From Lachnospiraceae bacterium (lineage in GTDB: Bacteria; Bacillota; Clostridia; Lachnospirales; Lachnospiraceae), in NCBI GenBank assembly GCA_029006155.1, contig JAQXGF010000115.1:3161-67160 (forward strand): a stretch of 64,000 bases of DNA. The letters are read 5' to 3'. The position numbers were made by a program, and so were the translations under genes. Below are positions 39,818-48,904 of the stretch, one piece after another. Numbering within the stretch: position 1 is the first letter of the stretch; every line of letters begins with the position of its first letter. The notes beneath the pieces are model-generated. The model was not told the DNA's origin, searched no databases, and worked only from the letters and a program-made list of their open reading frames with translations.

Positions 39818-41443
39818 ATGAAAACAGTGGGGGAATTAAGACAGGTATTACAGCAGCGGGGGCTACTGCAGGAAGAAACAGAAAATTTGAAAATTGGACA
39901 AACTCAGGAAAATGACCGCAGGCACATGGATTGGGAGCGTGTTGGAAACAGAACCGCATATACAGAATCAGAAGTCGCTCTGCCCATCGACTGGCTGACC
40001 TGTGATTCCCGCACCGTGCGGGAGCACACCGCATTTATCTGCAAAGGCGCGGCGTTCCGCCCGGAATATCTGGCAGCGGCGGCACGAAACGGTGCGGTCT
40101 GCTATATCAGCGAGGCACCGATCGAGCTGGAGGGCGATGTATCGCTGATTCCACTGCTTGTCACAGACATCCGCAAGGCGATGGCAGTGGCCTCTGCCTG
40201 GTTCTTTGACTATGAGAAAGGCCATCCGATCCTGACCGGTATCACTGGCACAAAAGGAAAGACGACGACCGCCTGGTACTTAAAGGCAATGCTTGATGAG
40301 TGGGAGAAGGAGCTGGGGGAACCGGAGACGGGCCTGATCTCGACGGTAGAAAATTATGACGGAGTATCTCGCAGCGAGGCAGTGATGACGACGCCGGAAG
40401 CGCCAACGTTGCACGAGCACATCCTGCATGCGAAACAAAAAGGAATCCGCTATATGACGATGGAAGTGTCCAGTCAAGCGCTGAAATACCGCAGGGTACG
40501 GGAAATTCAGTTTCAGGTCGGCATTTTCCTGAATATTTCGAGAGACCATATCAGCCCGAAGGAGCATGTGGATTTTGAGGATTATTTCAGTTCGAAGCTT
40601 TCCTTGTTCCGTCAGACCGAGGTCGCCTGTGTCAATCTGAACGCAGACCATGCGGACCGCATTTTGAAGGCGGCGCACAAGGCAGAGCGTATTGTCACAT
40701 TCGGCACGAAAAAGCACGCGGATATCCGTTGCAGTGAGATTCGGACCGAGGGACGGCAGTTAAGCTTCCGTGTCACCTGTGACCGGTTCTCGGAACGGTT
40801 CACCCTTGGAATGAAGGGGAAATTTAATATCGAAAATGCGCTGGCGGCGATCACGGCGGCCTACGTCTATGGTGTTCCGGTCGCATGTATGCGCCGGGCA
40901 TTACAGAAGACGCGTGTGCCGGGAAGGATGGAGACCTTTATGAGCAGGGATGAAAAAATCTGTGGGATCGTCGATTTTGCGCACAACCGTCTGAGCTTTG
41001 AGAAGCTGTTCGATGCGGCATTTCAGGAATATGCCGATTACCGGAAGATCATCACCGTGTTCGGATGTCCGGGTGGCAAAGCCCTGAACCGCCGTCGGGA
41101 GCTTGGGATCATCGCAGGGCTCTTTTCTGATGAAGTGATCCTCACGACGGACGATCCGGGTATGGAAGACCCGGCAGGTATCTGTGAAGAAATCCGTGGA
41201 TATGTAGATATGACCGGCTGCAGCTGCCATCTTGTGACAGACCGGAAAAAGGCGGTAGAGCAGGCTGTTGCGCTGGCAGAAGAGGATCCAAAGAATCGGA
41301 CTCTGATCCTGCTGCTGGGCCGTGGAAGTGAGAAATTTCAGCAGATCGGCGGACATTCGGTCGCGGCTCCGACCGATGCAGAGCTGATGGCAGAAGCGCT
41401 GCGGGCGTATGATGCGTCGCGGGAACTGGGAGCGGTGATCTGA
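39818..41443 (+). CDS. murE: MurE-family UDP-MurNAc-tripeptide synthetase, non-canonical specificity motif
   Basis: TGTKGKTT, TTPE, MEVSSQ, DH, PGRME, DFAHN; DDPG where mDAP-adding enzymes have DNPR. Confidence 0.85.
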   Translation: MKTVGELRQVLQQRGLLQEETENLKIGQTQENDRRHMDWERVGNRTAYTESEVALPIDWLTCDSRTVREHTAFICKGAAFRPEYLAAAARNGAVCYISEAPIELEGDVSLIPLLVTDIRKAMAVASAWFFDYEKGHPILTGITGTKGKTTTAWYLKAMLDEWEKELGEPETGLISTVENYDGVSRSEAVMTTPEAPTLHEHILHAKQKGIRYMTMEVSSQALKYRRVREIQFQVGIFLNISRDHISPKEHVDFEDYFSSKLSLFRQTEVACVNLNADHADRILKAAHKAERIVTFGTKKHADIRCSEIRTEGRQLSFRVTCDRFSERFTLGMKGKFNIENALAAITAAYVYGVPVACMRRALQKTRVPGRMETFMSRDEKICGIVDFAHNRLSFEKLFDAAFQEYADYRKIITVFGCPGGKALNRRRELGIIAGLFSDEVILTTDDPGMEDPAGICEEIRGYVDMTGCSCHLVTDRKKAVEQAVALAEEDPKNRTLILLLGRGSEKFQQIGGHSVAAPTDAELMAEALRAYDASRELGAVI

Positions 41444-41495
41444 ACGCAGGTCGTGAAGCGAGTCAAGAAGAACACCGGCCCCAATTGCGTAAAGC

Positions 41496-41541
41496 AAAAA
41501 AATACCCGGAGAGACCAGCTGATCCCTCCGGGTTCGTTTTT
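41496..41541. terminator. Bidirectional terminator
   Basis: A-run, ACCCGGAG...CTCCGGGT stem, then a T-run. Confidence 0.7.
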
Positions 41542-41577
41542 ATAAAATCGATATTTTCATGATCAACGGGAAAGTCT

Positions 41578-43530
41578 TTACATCATCCCATCCTTAATCA
41601 CCTGATGATCCCGCAGCACTTTTTCGATGACGGTACCCTGAATCAGGTGCAGTGCCGGCTTTTTCAGGGCGTTTAATGGGCCAGGCAGACGGATCTCGAG
41701 CGGAGATTTTCCGTCCATGAGCTTGACGGAGGAGTCCAGCAGCTCGCGGATGTCGTAGACGCTGCCCCATACTTCCGGGACACCACGGTCAACGCCGAGC
41801 AGTCCGTATACGGCTTCCATAGCGGTCCGGACAGAATATTCAGTCGTGAAGACGGTGTCACGCGGAGTCTCAGCGAACTGGCCAAGGAATGCAAAGTTCA
41901 CACAGCCATCCGGGATGACATCCGGACGGTCGCCCTTGGTACGCGGCATGAAGAATGCGGTGATGTACGGCATCATCGTCGGTACGCATACAGCGCTGTG
42001 CTCTGCGAGCTCTTCGATCTGTTCCGTCGGAACACCGAGGTGGTACAGCCACTCTTCGGTGATCTCTTTACCGGTGCAGTCCTTCATCGGCTTCTTGATG
42101 TAATCGCCCGGACGGTCAGTGAAGAGGCCATATACCCATACACATACCTTATCTTTGTCCTGAGCTTTGAACTGTCCCTGACGGTTGATCGTCCAGCTCA
42201 TCAGCCAGGAGGAATCCTGACAGCTTACGATACCGCCGGTAACGACCTTGCCGCTGCGCGGATCGCGCTTGCAGATATTTGTGATATACGGAATGATGCG
42301 CTCATCCAGTGTCGTGATGGTCGCGGACTCCCAGTTGGTCTTGCTGATATCGGAGCAGAATTTCTCCGGATGTCCGAAGGACGGATCCTGCTTTGCGATG
42401 TTCTTCCAAAGGCTCCAGCAGCCGCTCGTGCGGACTTCTGCATCGCCGTTCGGTGCATGGTTCTGGTCGCCGTAGATCGTGCCCTCGGTGCAGCTTCCGT
42501 TTGTCACGAAGACGAGGTCATTCTCAGTGAGCAGGATTCCCTTTTCCACCCCGTTTACCTTGCACTCGATCGCGGATGCGATCTTCTTGTCATCGTGGAA
42601 GGTGAAGACAACGTTGGTAACTTCTGTATTGAACTGGAAGTCGACACCAGCTGCTTCGAGGTAGCGCTGCATTGGGAGAATCAGTGACTCGTACTGATTG
42701 TATTTGGTAAATTTCAGGGCGCTGAAATCCGGCAGACCGGAAATATGATGGATGAAACGCTGGAAGTAGAGCTTCATCTCCAGTGCGCTGTGCCAGTTCT
42801 CAAATGCGAACATCGTTCTCCAGTACAGCCAGAAGGTCGAATCGAATACTTCTTCATCGAAGACGTCTTCGATTGTCTTATCGTACAGATCCTCATCCTT
42901 TGTCAGGAACAGCTTCATGATCTCCATGCAGCCCTTCTGACTCAGATTGAAACGTCCGTCGGTATGTGCATCTTCACCGCGGTTCTTCGTGGCACGGCAC
43001 AGAGAGTAGTTCGGATCGTGCTTGTTCAGCCAGTAATACTCATCGAGAACGGATACGCCCGGTGTCTCGATCGACGGGATGCTGCGGAACAGATCCCACA
43101 GGCACTCGAAATGGTTCTCCATCTCACGGCCGCCGCGCATCACATAGCCACGGGACGGATCGAAGATACCGTCGCAGGCGCCACCGGCGATGTCCATCGC
43201 TTCCAGAATGTGAATGTTCTTGCCCGGCATCTGGCCGTCACGGACGAGGAAGCAGGCTGCTGCGAGAGAGGCAAGGCCGCTGCCTACGATATAGGCATGC
43301 TTGTCATCGACACCTTCCGGCTTTTCCGGGCGGGCGAATGCCTCGTAGTTACCGTTGCTGTAGTAAATGCCTTTGCTGTTTTTCTCATATTTGCCGCGTT
43401 CGGTGTTGCGGTATCCATTATCCGCAGATCCATTCGATTCGTTTTCTTTCTTCTTTGATGCATAATACATTGCGCCGAGTCCGGCTGCCAGAGCAGATGC
43501 TGCTGCTAATTTCTTTCCTTTTTTCGACAT
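41578..43530 (-). CDS. Oleate hydratase (myosin-cross-reactive antigen family)
   Basis: YYSNGNYEAFARP, GSGLASL, RGGREM, YNQYES, VFTTEYSVRT. Confidence 0.95.
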   Translation of the reverse strand: MSKKGKKLAAASALAAGLGAMYYASKKKENESNGSADNGYRNTERGKYEKNSKGIYYSNGNYEAFARPEKPEGVDDKHAYIVGSGLASLAAACFLVRDGQMPGKNIHILEAMDIAGGACDGIFDPSRGYVMRGGREMENHFECLWDLFRSIPSIETPGVSVLDEYYWLNKHDPNYSLCRATKNRGEDAHTDGRFNLSQKGCMEIMKLFLTKDEDLYDKTIEDVFDEEVFDSTFWLYWRTMFAFENWHSALEMKLYFQRFIHHISGLPDFSALKFTKYNQYESLILPMQRYLEAAGVDFQFNTEVTNVVFTFHDDKKIASAIECKVNGVEKGILLTENDLVFVTNGSCTEGTIYGDQNHAPNGDAEVRTSGCWSLWKNIAKQDPSFGHPEKFCSDISKTNWESATITTLDERIIPYITNICKRDPRSGKVVTGGIVSCQDSSWLMSWTINRQGQFKAQDKDKVCVWVYGLFTDRPGDYIKKPMKDCTGKEITEEWLYHLGVPTEQIEELAEHSAVCVPTMMPYITAFFMPRTKGDRPDVIPDGCVNFAFLGQFAETPRDTVFTTEYSVRTAMEAVYGLLGVDRGVPEVWGSVYDIRELLDSSVKLMDGKSPLEIRLPGPLNALKKPALHLIQGTVIEKVLRDHQVIKDGMM

Positions 43531-43721
43531 AATGAAATCCACCTTTCTCATTTATAATTGGTTCCGAATTTTCCGCAGTCTCTTTTCAGTATGTGAAAAT
43601 ATCAGCGGGTTATTCGGGAAAATTCATTTGTTGTTTTTTGTTTACGAGCACATCTTAGCACACGAGGCTGGTGGCTGCTATTTACAAAACACAGGAAATG
43701 ATAAAAAACGGAGAAAATTTC

Positions 43722-44297
43722 CTACAAAGCTGCAAATTTATCCGCATCCGCAAAATTCTTCAGAGAATTCGAGATCGCGCCGTGCATCGTCGTGCAGATA
43801 TCGTTGACGATGGTGTGATAATCATCCTTCATTCCGCCGCGGATCCAGTCGAGCATCACACAGACAAAGCTGTATTTATAAAATTCTGCCACGAACTGTT
43901 TCTGCTGTTGCGTCACGCGTAGTCCTGCAGATTTTTCTTCGACGACGCCCATGATGAGGTCATAGACGAGGTGGAAGAGGTAGTTTTCGATCTGTTCGCG
44001 GCTTAAGGCCCGGTAGACGTTCAAAATGAATGGTTTGTTTTCCAACACCGCCTCAAAAATCTGCTGCAGTCCCTCCTGCCACGTATCGTAAGTCTTTTTC
44101 CCGGCGAGCGCACGGGAAGCATCTTCAAAGCAGGCCCACTCCACGAGATCATAAATATCTTTAAAATGATAGTAAAATGCCATCCGGCTGATTCCACAGT
44201 CGTCGGTCAGGTCGCGGATGGTGATTTTGTCGATCGGCTTCTTTAAGAGAAATTTTTTCAGGGAAGCCTCAAGGGCGTATTTTGTTTCATTTGTCAT
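43722..44297 (-). CDS. TetR/AcrR family regulator
   Basis: KITIRDLTDDCGISRMAFYYHFKDIYDL. Confidence 0.92.
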   Translation of the reverse strand: MTNETKYALEASLKKFLLKKPIDKITIRDLTDDCGISRMAFYYHFKDIYDLVEWACFEDASRALAGKKTYDTWQEGLQQIFEAVLENKPFILNVYRALSREQIENYLFHLVYDLIMGVVEEKSAGLRVTQQQKQFVAEFYKYSFVCVMLDWIRGGMKDDYHTIVNDICTTMHGAISNSLKNFADADKFAAL

Positions 44298-44551
44298 AAA
44301 AAAACCTCCAGTCCTTCCGATACCTGTAGTATAGCAGGTTTGCAGGACAAAAAGTGTGAAGAAAGCGGGAAGGGTTCTAAAATTTCTATAAAAAAGAACA
44401 GCAGAAGTTACATTATAGATAAAAACAGAAAAATGTGAGACGGCAGTTTCTGTAGTAAATTGACAAAAGGAATCGCAAAATGGCGTCTAAATATACAGAT
44501 AATTCATAAAAGTAAAATAAAAAATCAATAAACAAATTCTAAAAAAACGTG

Positions 44552-44580
44552 TTGACAAAATTAGAACACCGTTCTATACT
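44552..44580 (+). promoter_or_regulatory. sigma-A promoter with an overlapping palindromic operator
   Basis: TTGACA(44552)-17 nt-TATACT(44575); TAGAAC-ACC-GTTCTA at 44562-44576. Confidence 0.75.
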
Positions 44581-44764
44581 GGCTGCATACTTAATCGAAG
44601 CAAGTAAATAGTAAGTCTCCTGTATGAATGACGAAAAGCAATCAGCAGTGGCGGACTCGGAAAATACAGAGGGATCCGGTTAAGGGGTAGGAAAGAGCTA
44701 GTGAAAAAGTGAATCGTAAACATCTGCAGGGGAACCGAACGATGTGCGAGAGGGAGGTGCCGGA

Positions 44765-45106
44765 ATGAAAGAATTGAATCTGTTCATCCGTCCGGATAAG
44801 CTGGAATCAGTAAAGTGTATCCTGATTGATGAATTTCACTGTGGCGGCATGACGGTCCTGAATGTGATGGGCTGCGGCAGTCAGAAGGGATTTACCGATG
44901 AATATACCGGTGTCCGCACAAATGTGAACTTACTTCCGAAGCTTCAGGTGGAGGTCATTGTAAACGATGAGGATGTCGATCGGATCGTCGACCGGATCTG
45001 TGAGGAGACGGTGACCGGGCATTCCGGAGATGGAAAGATCATCGTCAAGGATGTCTGTGATGTCATCCGCGTGCGGACGAAAGAGCACGGAAAAGACGCT
45101 GTATAA
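44765..45106 (+). CDS. P-II family nitrogen regulatory protein
   Basis: IRP.KL..V, GMT...V.G.G.QKG, LLPK, TG..GDGKI, IRVRT.E.G. Confidence 0.93.
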   Translation: MKELNLFIRPDKLESVKCILIDEFHCGGMTVLNVMGCGSQKGFTDEYTGVRTNVNLLPKLQVEVIVNDEDVDRIVDRICEETVTGHSGDGKIIVKDVCDVIRVRTKEHGKDAV

Positions 45107-45143
45107 ACGAAAAATTTTATAGAAAAATTTTATTACGAAAACA

Positions 45144-45188
45144 GAGCGTACAAGGAAGTACAGAAACTTCTTTGTGCGCTTTTTGTTT
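45144..45188 (+). terminator. Internal terminator whose 5' arm contains an ANTAR-like hexaloop hairpin
   Basis: GAGCGTACAAGGAAG / CTTCTTTGTGCGCTT stem with a T-tail; GTAC-AAGGAA-GTAC at 45148-45161. Confidence 0.65.
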
Positions 45189-45193
45189 AACCG

Positions 45194-45251
45194 AAGCGGA
45201 TTGCGAATATCTGCTTGATGCAAAGCGGATTGCGAATATCCGCTTGAAGGC
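45194..45251 (+). repeat. Tandem pair of GNRA-capped hairpins (29-bp unit)
   Basis: AAGCGGATTGCGAATATCTGCTT (45194-45216) and AAGCGGATTGCGAATATCCGCTT (45223-45245). Confidence 0.85.
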
Positions 45252-45276
45252 AATTTTGACAAGGAGGAGAAAGATT

Positions 45277-46851
45277 ATGAAAAGATGGAAAAAAGTCAGT
45301 GCGCTGGTGATGAGTGTGGCAATGGCGATGAGCCTTGGAGCAGGCAGTACGGTATTTGCGGACGAGGCAGAGTACGATGATGAGCTGCATATCGCATTCA
45401 GCGACGTGCCGGACACCCTGGACTGTGTCAATACTTCTTCGGATTCCTGCGGAAATATTATGGTAGGTACGGTGTTTGATACGCTGGTAGCGCTGGCAAC
45501 CGACTATTCCGTAAAGCCAGAGCTGTGCGAGTCGTGGGAGATCAGCGATGACGCGACGGAGTACACCTACAAGCTCAAGCAGGGCGTCATGTTCCAGAAT
45601 GGTGCAGAGATGAAAGCTTCAGACGTAGCGGCATCCATGAACCGCTGGGTGGCAAATTTCGGAACAGCAGCGACCTACATCGGTGCGGAAAATAAATTTG
45701 AAGTGGTCGATGACTACACCGTAAAAATTAAAATGGATCATCCGTATCTGTACCTGAATGAGCTGATCGCGACGGCGGCGCAGAAGCCGATCATCGTGCC
45801 GGAATCGACGCTGGATACGATCGATCCGGAGACCGGCAACCTGACAGAGTTCATCGGTACCGGCCCGTATCTGTTTGATGAGTGGGCGGCAGACCAGTAC
45901 ATCAAGCTCACCAAATGGGATGACTACACCCCGTACTTTGAGGAGGGAGAAGAGGATGGCTGGTATGGCTATAAGGAAGCGGCGACACCGACGGTCTACT
46001 ATGATATCGTGACAGACGATGCGACCCGTCTGGCAGGACTGCAGTCCGGAGAATACGACGTGGCACTGGGACTTTCCCCGGACAACTACGAGATGCTCGA
46101 CAGCGACGATGCCTACAAGACCTATACTGAGCTGGATGGCGATATGGTCATGATCTATAACAAAAAAGAAGGCGTTGCGAGTGATGCGACCTTCCGCCGG
46201 GCAGTCAATGCAGCACTCAATGATGATGACATCGGACTGGCTTCTTATGGAAACAGCGACTTCTATAAAATCAATTCCAGCTATATGTGCGTAGAAGATT
46301 CCGAGTGGTATTCTACCGAAGGAGCGGATCAGTACAATCAGAATGATCCGGAGAAGACAAAAGAGCTGCTGGATGAATGCGGATACGACGGAGAGACCTT
46401 CCGGCTGCTCGTCGCATCGTCCGAGACGGATTTCTATAACGCAGCAGTAGTGATTCAGCAGGAACTGCAGGCGGCAGGCGTCAACTGCGAGCTGGTGACG
46501 ACCGACTGGGCGACTTATCTGAACTACGCAGCGGATCCGACACAGTTCGATGCCTTTATTACAAGCTTTTCTGTAAAACAGGTTCCGCCGCTCATCCTGT
46601 ATCTGTCTGCGACCTGGAACGGCTGGGCGACCGATGAGAATCTGGTCAGTGGATTTGAGGAAATCAATGCAGCGACCGATAAGGAAGCAGCGATCGCGAC
46701 GTGGAACGACCTGCAGAAATACTGCTGGGAAGAGTACATGCCGGTATCAAAGCTCTGCGACAAATATGTCTATGCGGCAACGAGCGCAAAAGTACAGGAT
46801 ATCACCGTATTCAAGAGTGCACACGCATGGAATGTAAAAGTAGAAAAATAA
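45277..46851 (+). CDS. Peptide/nickel-type (family 5) ABC substrate-binding protein
   Basis: PEL.ESWE, Y..KL..GV.F.NG, GTGPY, FRRAV. Confidence 0.92.
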   Translation: MKRWKKVSALVMSVAMAMSLGAGSTVFADEAEYDDELHIAFSDVPDTLDCVNTSSDSCGNIMVGTVFDTLVALATDYSVKPELCESWEISDDATEYTYKLKQGVMFQNGAEMKASDVAASMNRWVANFGTAATYIGAENKFEVVDDYTVKIKMDHPYLYLNELIATAAQKPIIVPESTLDTIDPETGNLTEFIGTGPYLFDEWAADQYIKLTKWDDYTPYFEEGEEDGWYGYKEAATPTVYYDIVTDDATRLAGLQSGEYDVALGLSPDNYEMLDSDDAYKTYTELDGDMVMIYNKKEGVASDATFRRAVNAALNDDDIGLASYGNSDFYKINSSYMCVEDSEWYSTEGADQYNQNDPEKTKELLDECGYDGETFRLLVASSETDFYNAAVVIQQELQAAGVNCELVTTDWATYLNYAADPTQFDAFITSFSVKQVPPLILYLSATWNGWATDENLVSGFEEINAATDKEAAIATWNDLQKYCWEEYMPVSKLCDKYVYAATSAKVQDITVFKSAHAWNVKVEK

Positions 46852-46975
46852 AGCTTCAGGGGGCCGGGGGAGCGATCGCTCCTCCGGAAAACAAAATGTG
46901 TTCTGTACATCATAAAGCATAAAGGAATGGTTTGTGTTTTATGATGGGCAGAACGAAGGAAAAGGAGTGACGGAC

Positions 46976-47926
46976 GTGCGAAAGTATCTGATCAGGCGAA
47001 TTCTGACTTTAATCCCGGTATTGTTTATCGTTTCTGTTGTGATCTTTACCCTGATCCATCTGACACCCGGTGATCCGGCGAGAATCATGCTGGGCGCGCA
47101 GGCTTCGGAGTCTGACGTGGAAGCACTGCGGGAGACGATGGGATTTAACAAGCCGCTTCCGGTGCAGTATTTTGACTGGATGGCTGATATTTTTCATGGA
47201 AATCTCGGAAAATCCGTCTACATCAATCAGCCGATGACCGAGATCATTGCCGATCATATGGGACCGACGATTATGCTGACGATGTACGCGATGATTTTTG
47301 TCATACTGGTCGGAATTCCACTTGGCATTATCGCGGCGAAAAAGCGGGGGACGATAGCAGACAGCGCGATTGAAGGGCTGTCCATGGTCGGAATCTCGAT
47401 TCCGAGCTTTCTGCTTGGCCTGCTCCTGATCCTTCTGTTTGTGGTAAAGCTCAAATGGCTCCCGGTCGGCGGGTATAAGCCACTGAAAGAGTACGGATTT
47501 CTGGAAAATCTCCGCTATCTCGTTCTCCCGGCAGTCGCACTTGGATTCATGGAGACCGGACTGATCATCCGTATGACCCGCTCCTCTGTACTGGAGGTGC
47601 TGAACTGTGATTACATCAAGATGGCAAAGGCAAAAGGCGTAAAGGAGTTCTGGCTCGTATTTAAGCATGCATTAAAAAATGCGATCCTTCCGATCCTGAC
47701 GACGATCGGGCAGACGCTGATGGGACTGCTCTCCGGAGCTTCGATTGTGGAGACGGTATTTAATATTCCCGGTGCCGGGCAGTTGATTATCAATTCGGTA
47801 TCCAAGCGGGATTATGAGGTGATTCAGGCGGATGTACTCGTCATCGCAGTCATCAATGTGCTCGTATGTTTTCTGATTGATATTTTATACAGCGTGGTAG
47901 ATCCGAGAGTCAGACTGGAAAAGTAA
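46976..47926 (+). CDS. ABC permease (DppB-like)
   Basis: PGDPA, GNLGKS, AKAKG, HALKNA, ETVFNIPG, DPRV. Confidence 0.95.
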   Translation: MRKYLIRRILTLIPVLFIVSVVIFTLIHLTPGDPARIMLGAQASESDVEALRETMGFNKPLPVQYFDWMADIFHGNLGKSVYINQPMTEIIADHMGPTIMLTMYAMIFVILVGIPLGIIAAKKRGTIADSAIEGLSMVGISIPSFLLGLLLILLFVVKLKWLPVGGYKPLKEYGFLENLRYLVLPAVALGFMETGLIIRMTRSSVLEVLNCDYIKMAKAKGVKEFWLVFKHALKNAILPILTTIGQTLMGLLSGASIVETVFNIPGAGQLIINSVSKRDYEVIQADVLVIAVINVLVCFLIDILYSVVDPRVRLEK

Positions 47927-47938
47927 GGGGGAAGGACG

Positions 47939-48889
47939 ATGAAGGCAGTACAGACGGCAGGGGTAATTCCAGAAGAAAAAAGGAAGCGGATGGTGCAGGC
48001 AGATCCGGACCATCTGGATCAGTGCAGTACAGAGGAGATCCGGAAAATCTTAAAAAAGGAACAGCGCAGACTTCGGCTGCAGAAATTTTACCGGAATAAA
48101 CTGGCGGTGCTCGGTTTTACGATTCTGATGATTGTCGTACTTGGAGCGGTCTTTGCGCCGCTTCTGACGAAATACGGACCTTACGATATGGAAGTCGTGA
48201 ACCGGCTGAAGGGGCCGAGCGCCGAGCATATTTTCGGAACAGATACATTTGGCAGAGACCTTCTGACCAGAATTTTATACGGAGCCAGAATTTCCCTGGT
48301 CATTGGTCTGGCGACGAGTGTCCTGGCACTTGTGGTCGGCATGGTATGCGGGCTGTATGCGAGCTACTATAAGCCGCTGGACAATGTGCTGATGCGGATC
48401 TGTGACGGATTAAGTGCAGTACCGGCATCCCTGCTGGCGATTGCATTTATGGCAGTACTCGGGGCAAGTGTAAAAAATGTCGTTATCAGTATGGCTGTGG
48501 TGTATACGCCGAGTATCGCACGTGTGGCCAGAGGAAGCGCCCTTTCGGTAAAGGAGCAGACGTATATTGAAGCGATGCGTGCCCTCGGCGCACGTCCTTC
48601 GAATATCATCTGGCGGCATATTGCGCCGAACGTCATCTGCCCGGTCATCGTGCAGGCTTCTTATATTTTTGCAAATGCGATTATCACGGAGGCGGCATTG
48701 AGTTTCCTTGGCGTTGGCGTTCCGGTGCCGACACCGAGCTGGGGCAACATCCTTTACGAAGGCCAGTCGGTCATTTACAAAGGCTGGTGGATGATCCTGT
48801 TTCCGGCAATCAGCACGGCATTTTCGGTACTCGGTATGAACCTGTTTGGCGATGGCCTGCGGGACGTGCTGGATCCTCAGACAAACTGA
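47939..48889 (+). CDS. ABC permease (DppC-like)
   Basis: HIFGTD..GRD, YIEA..ALGA, EAALSFLG, PSWG, GDGLRD. Confidence 0.95.
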   Translation: MKAVQTAGVIPEEKRKRMVQADPDHLDQCSTEEIRKILKKEQRRLRLQKFYRNKLAVLGFTILMIVVLGAVFAPLLTKYGPYDMEVVNRLKGPSAEHIFGTDTFGRDLLTRILYGARISLVIGLATSVLALVVGMVCGLYASYYKPLDNVLMRICDGLSAVPASLLAIAFMAVLGASVKNVVISMAVVYTPSIARVARGSALSVKEQTYIEAMRALGARPSNIIWRHIAPNVICPVIVQASYIFANAIITEAALSFLGVGVPVPTPSWGNILYEGQSVIYKGWWMILFPAISTAFSVLGMNLFGDGLRDVLDPQTN

Positions 48890-48904
48890 CGGAGGAACAT
48901 AGCT

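Noticed and set aside
44562-44576. LexA SOS box
   Set aside because: Spacer is 3 nt rather than GAAC-N4-GTTC, and the downstream genes are not SOS-like
45194-45251. Mini CRISPR array
   Set aside because: Only two adjacent units, about 6 nt between them, and no cas genes
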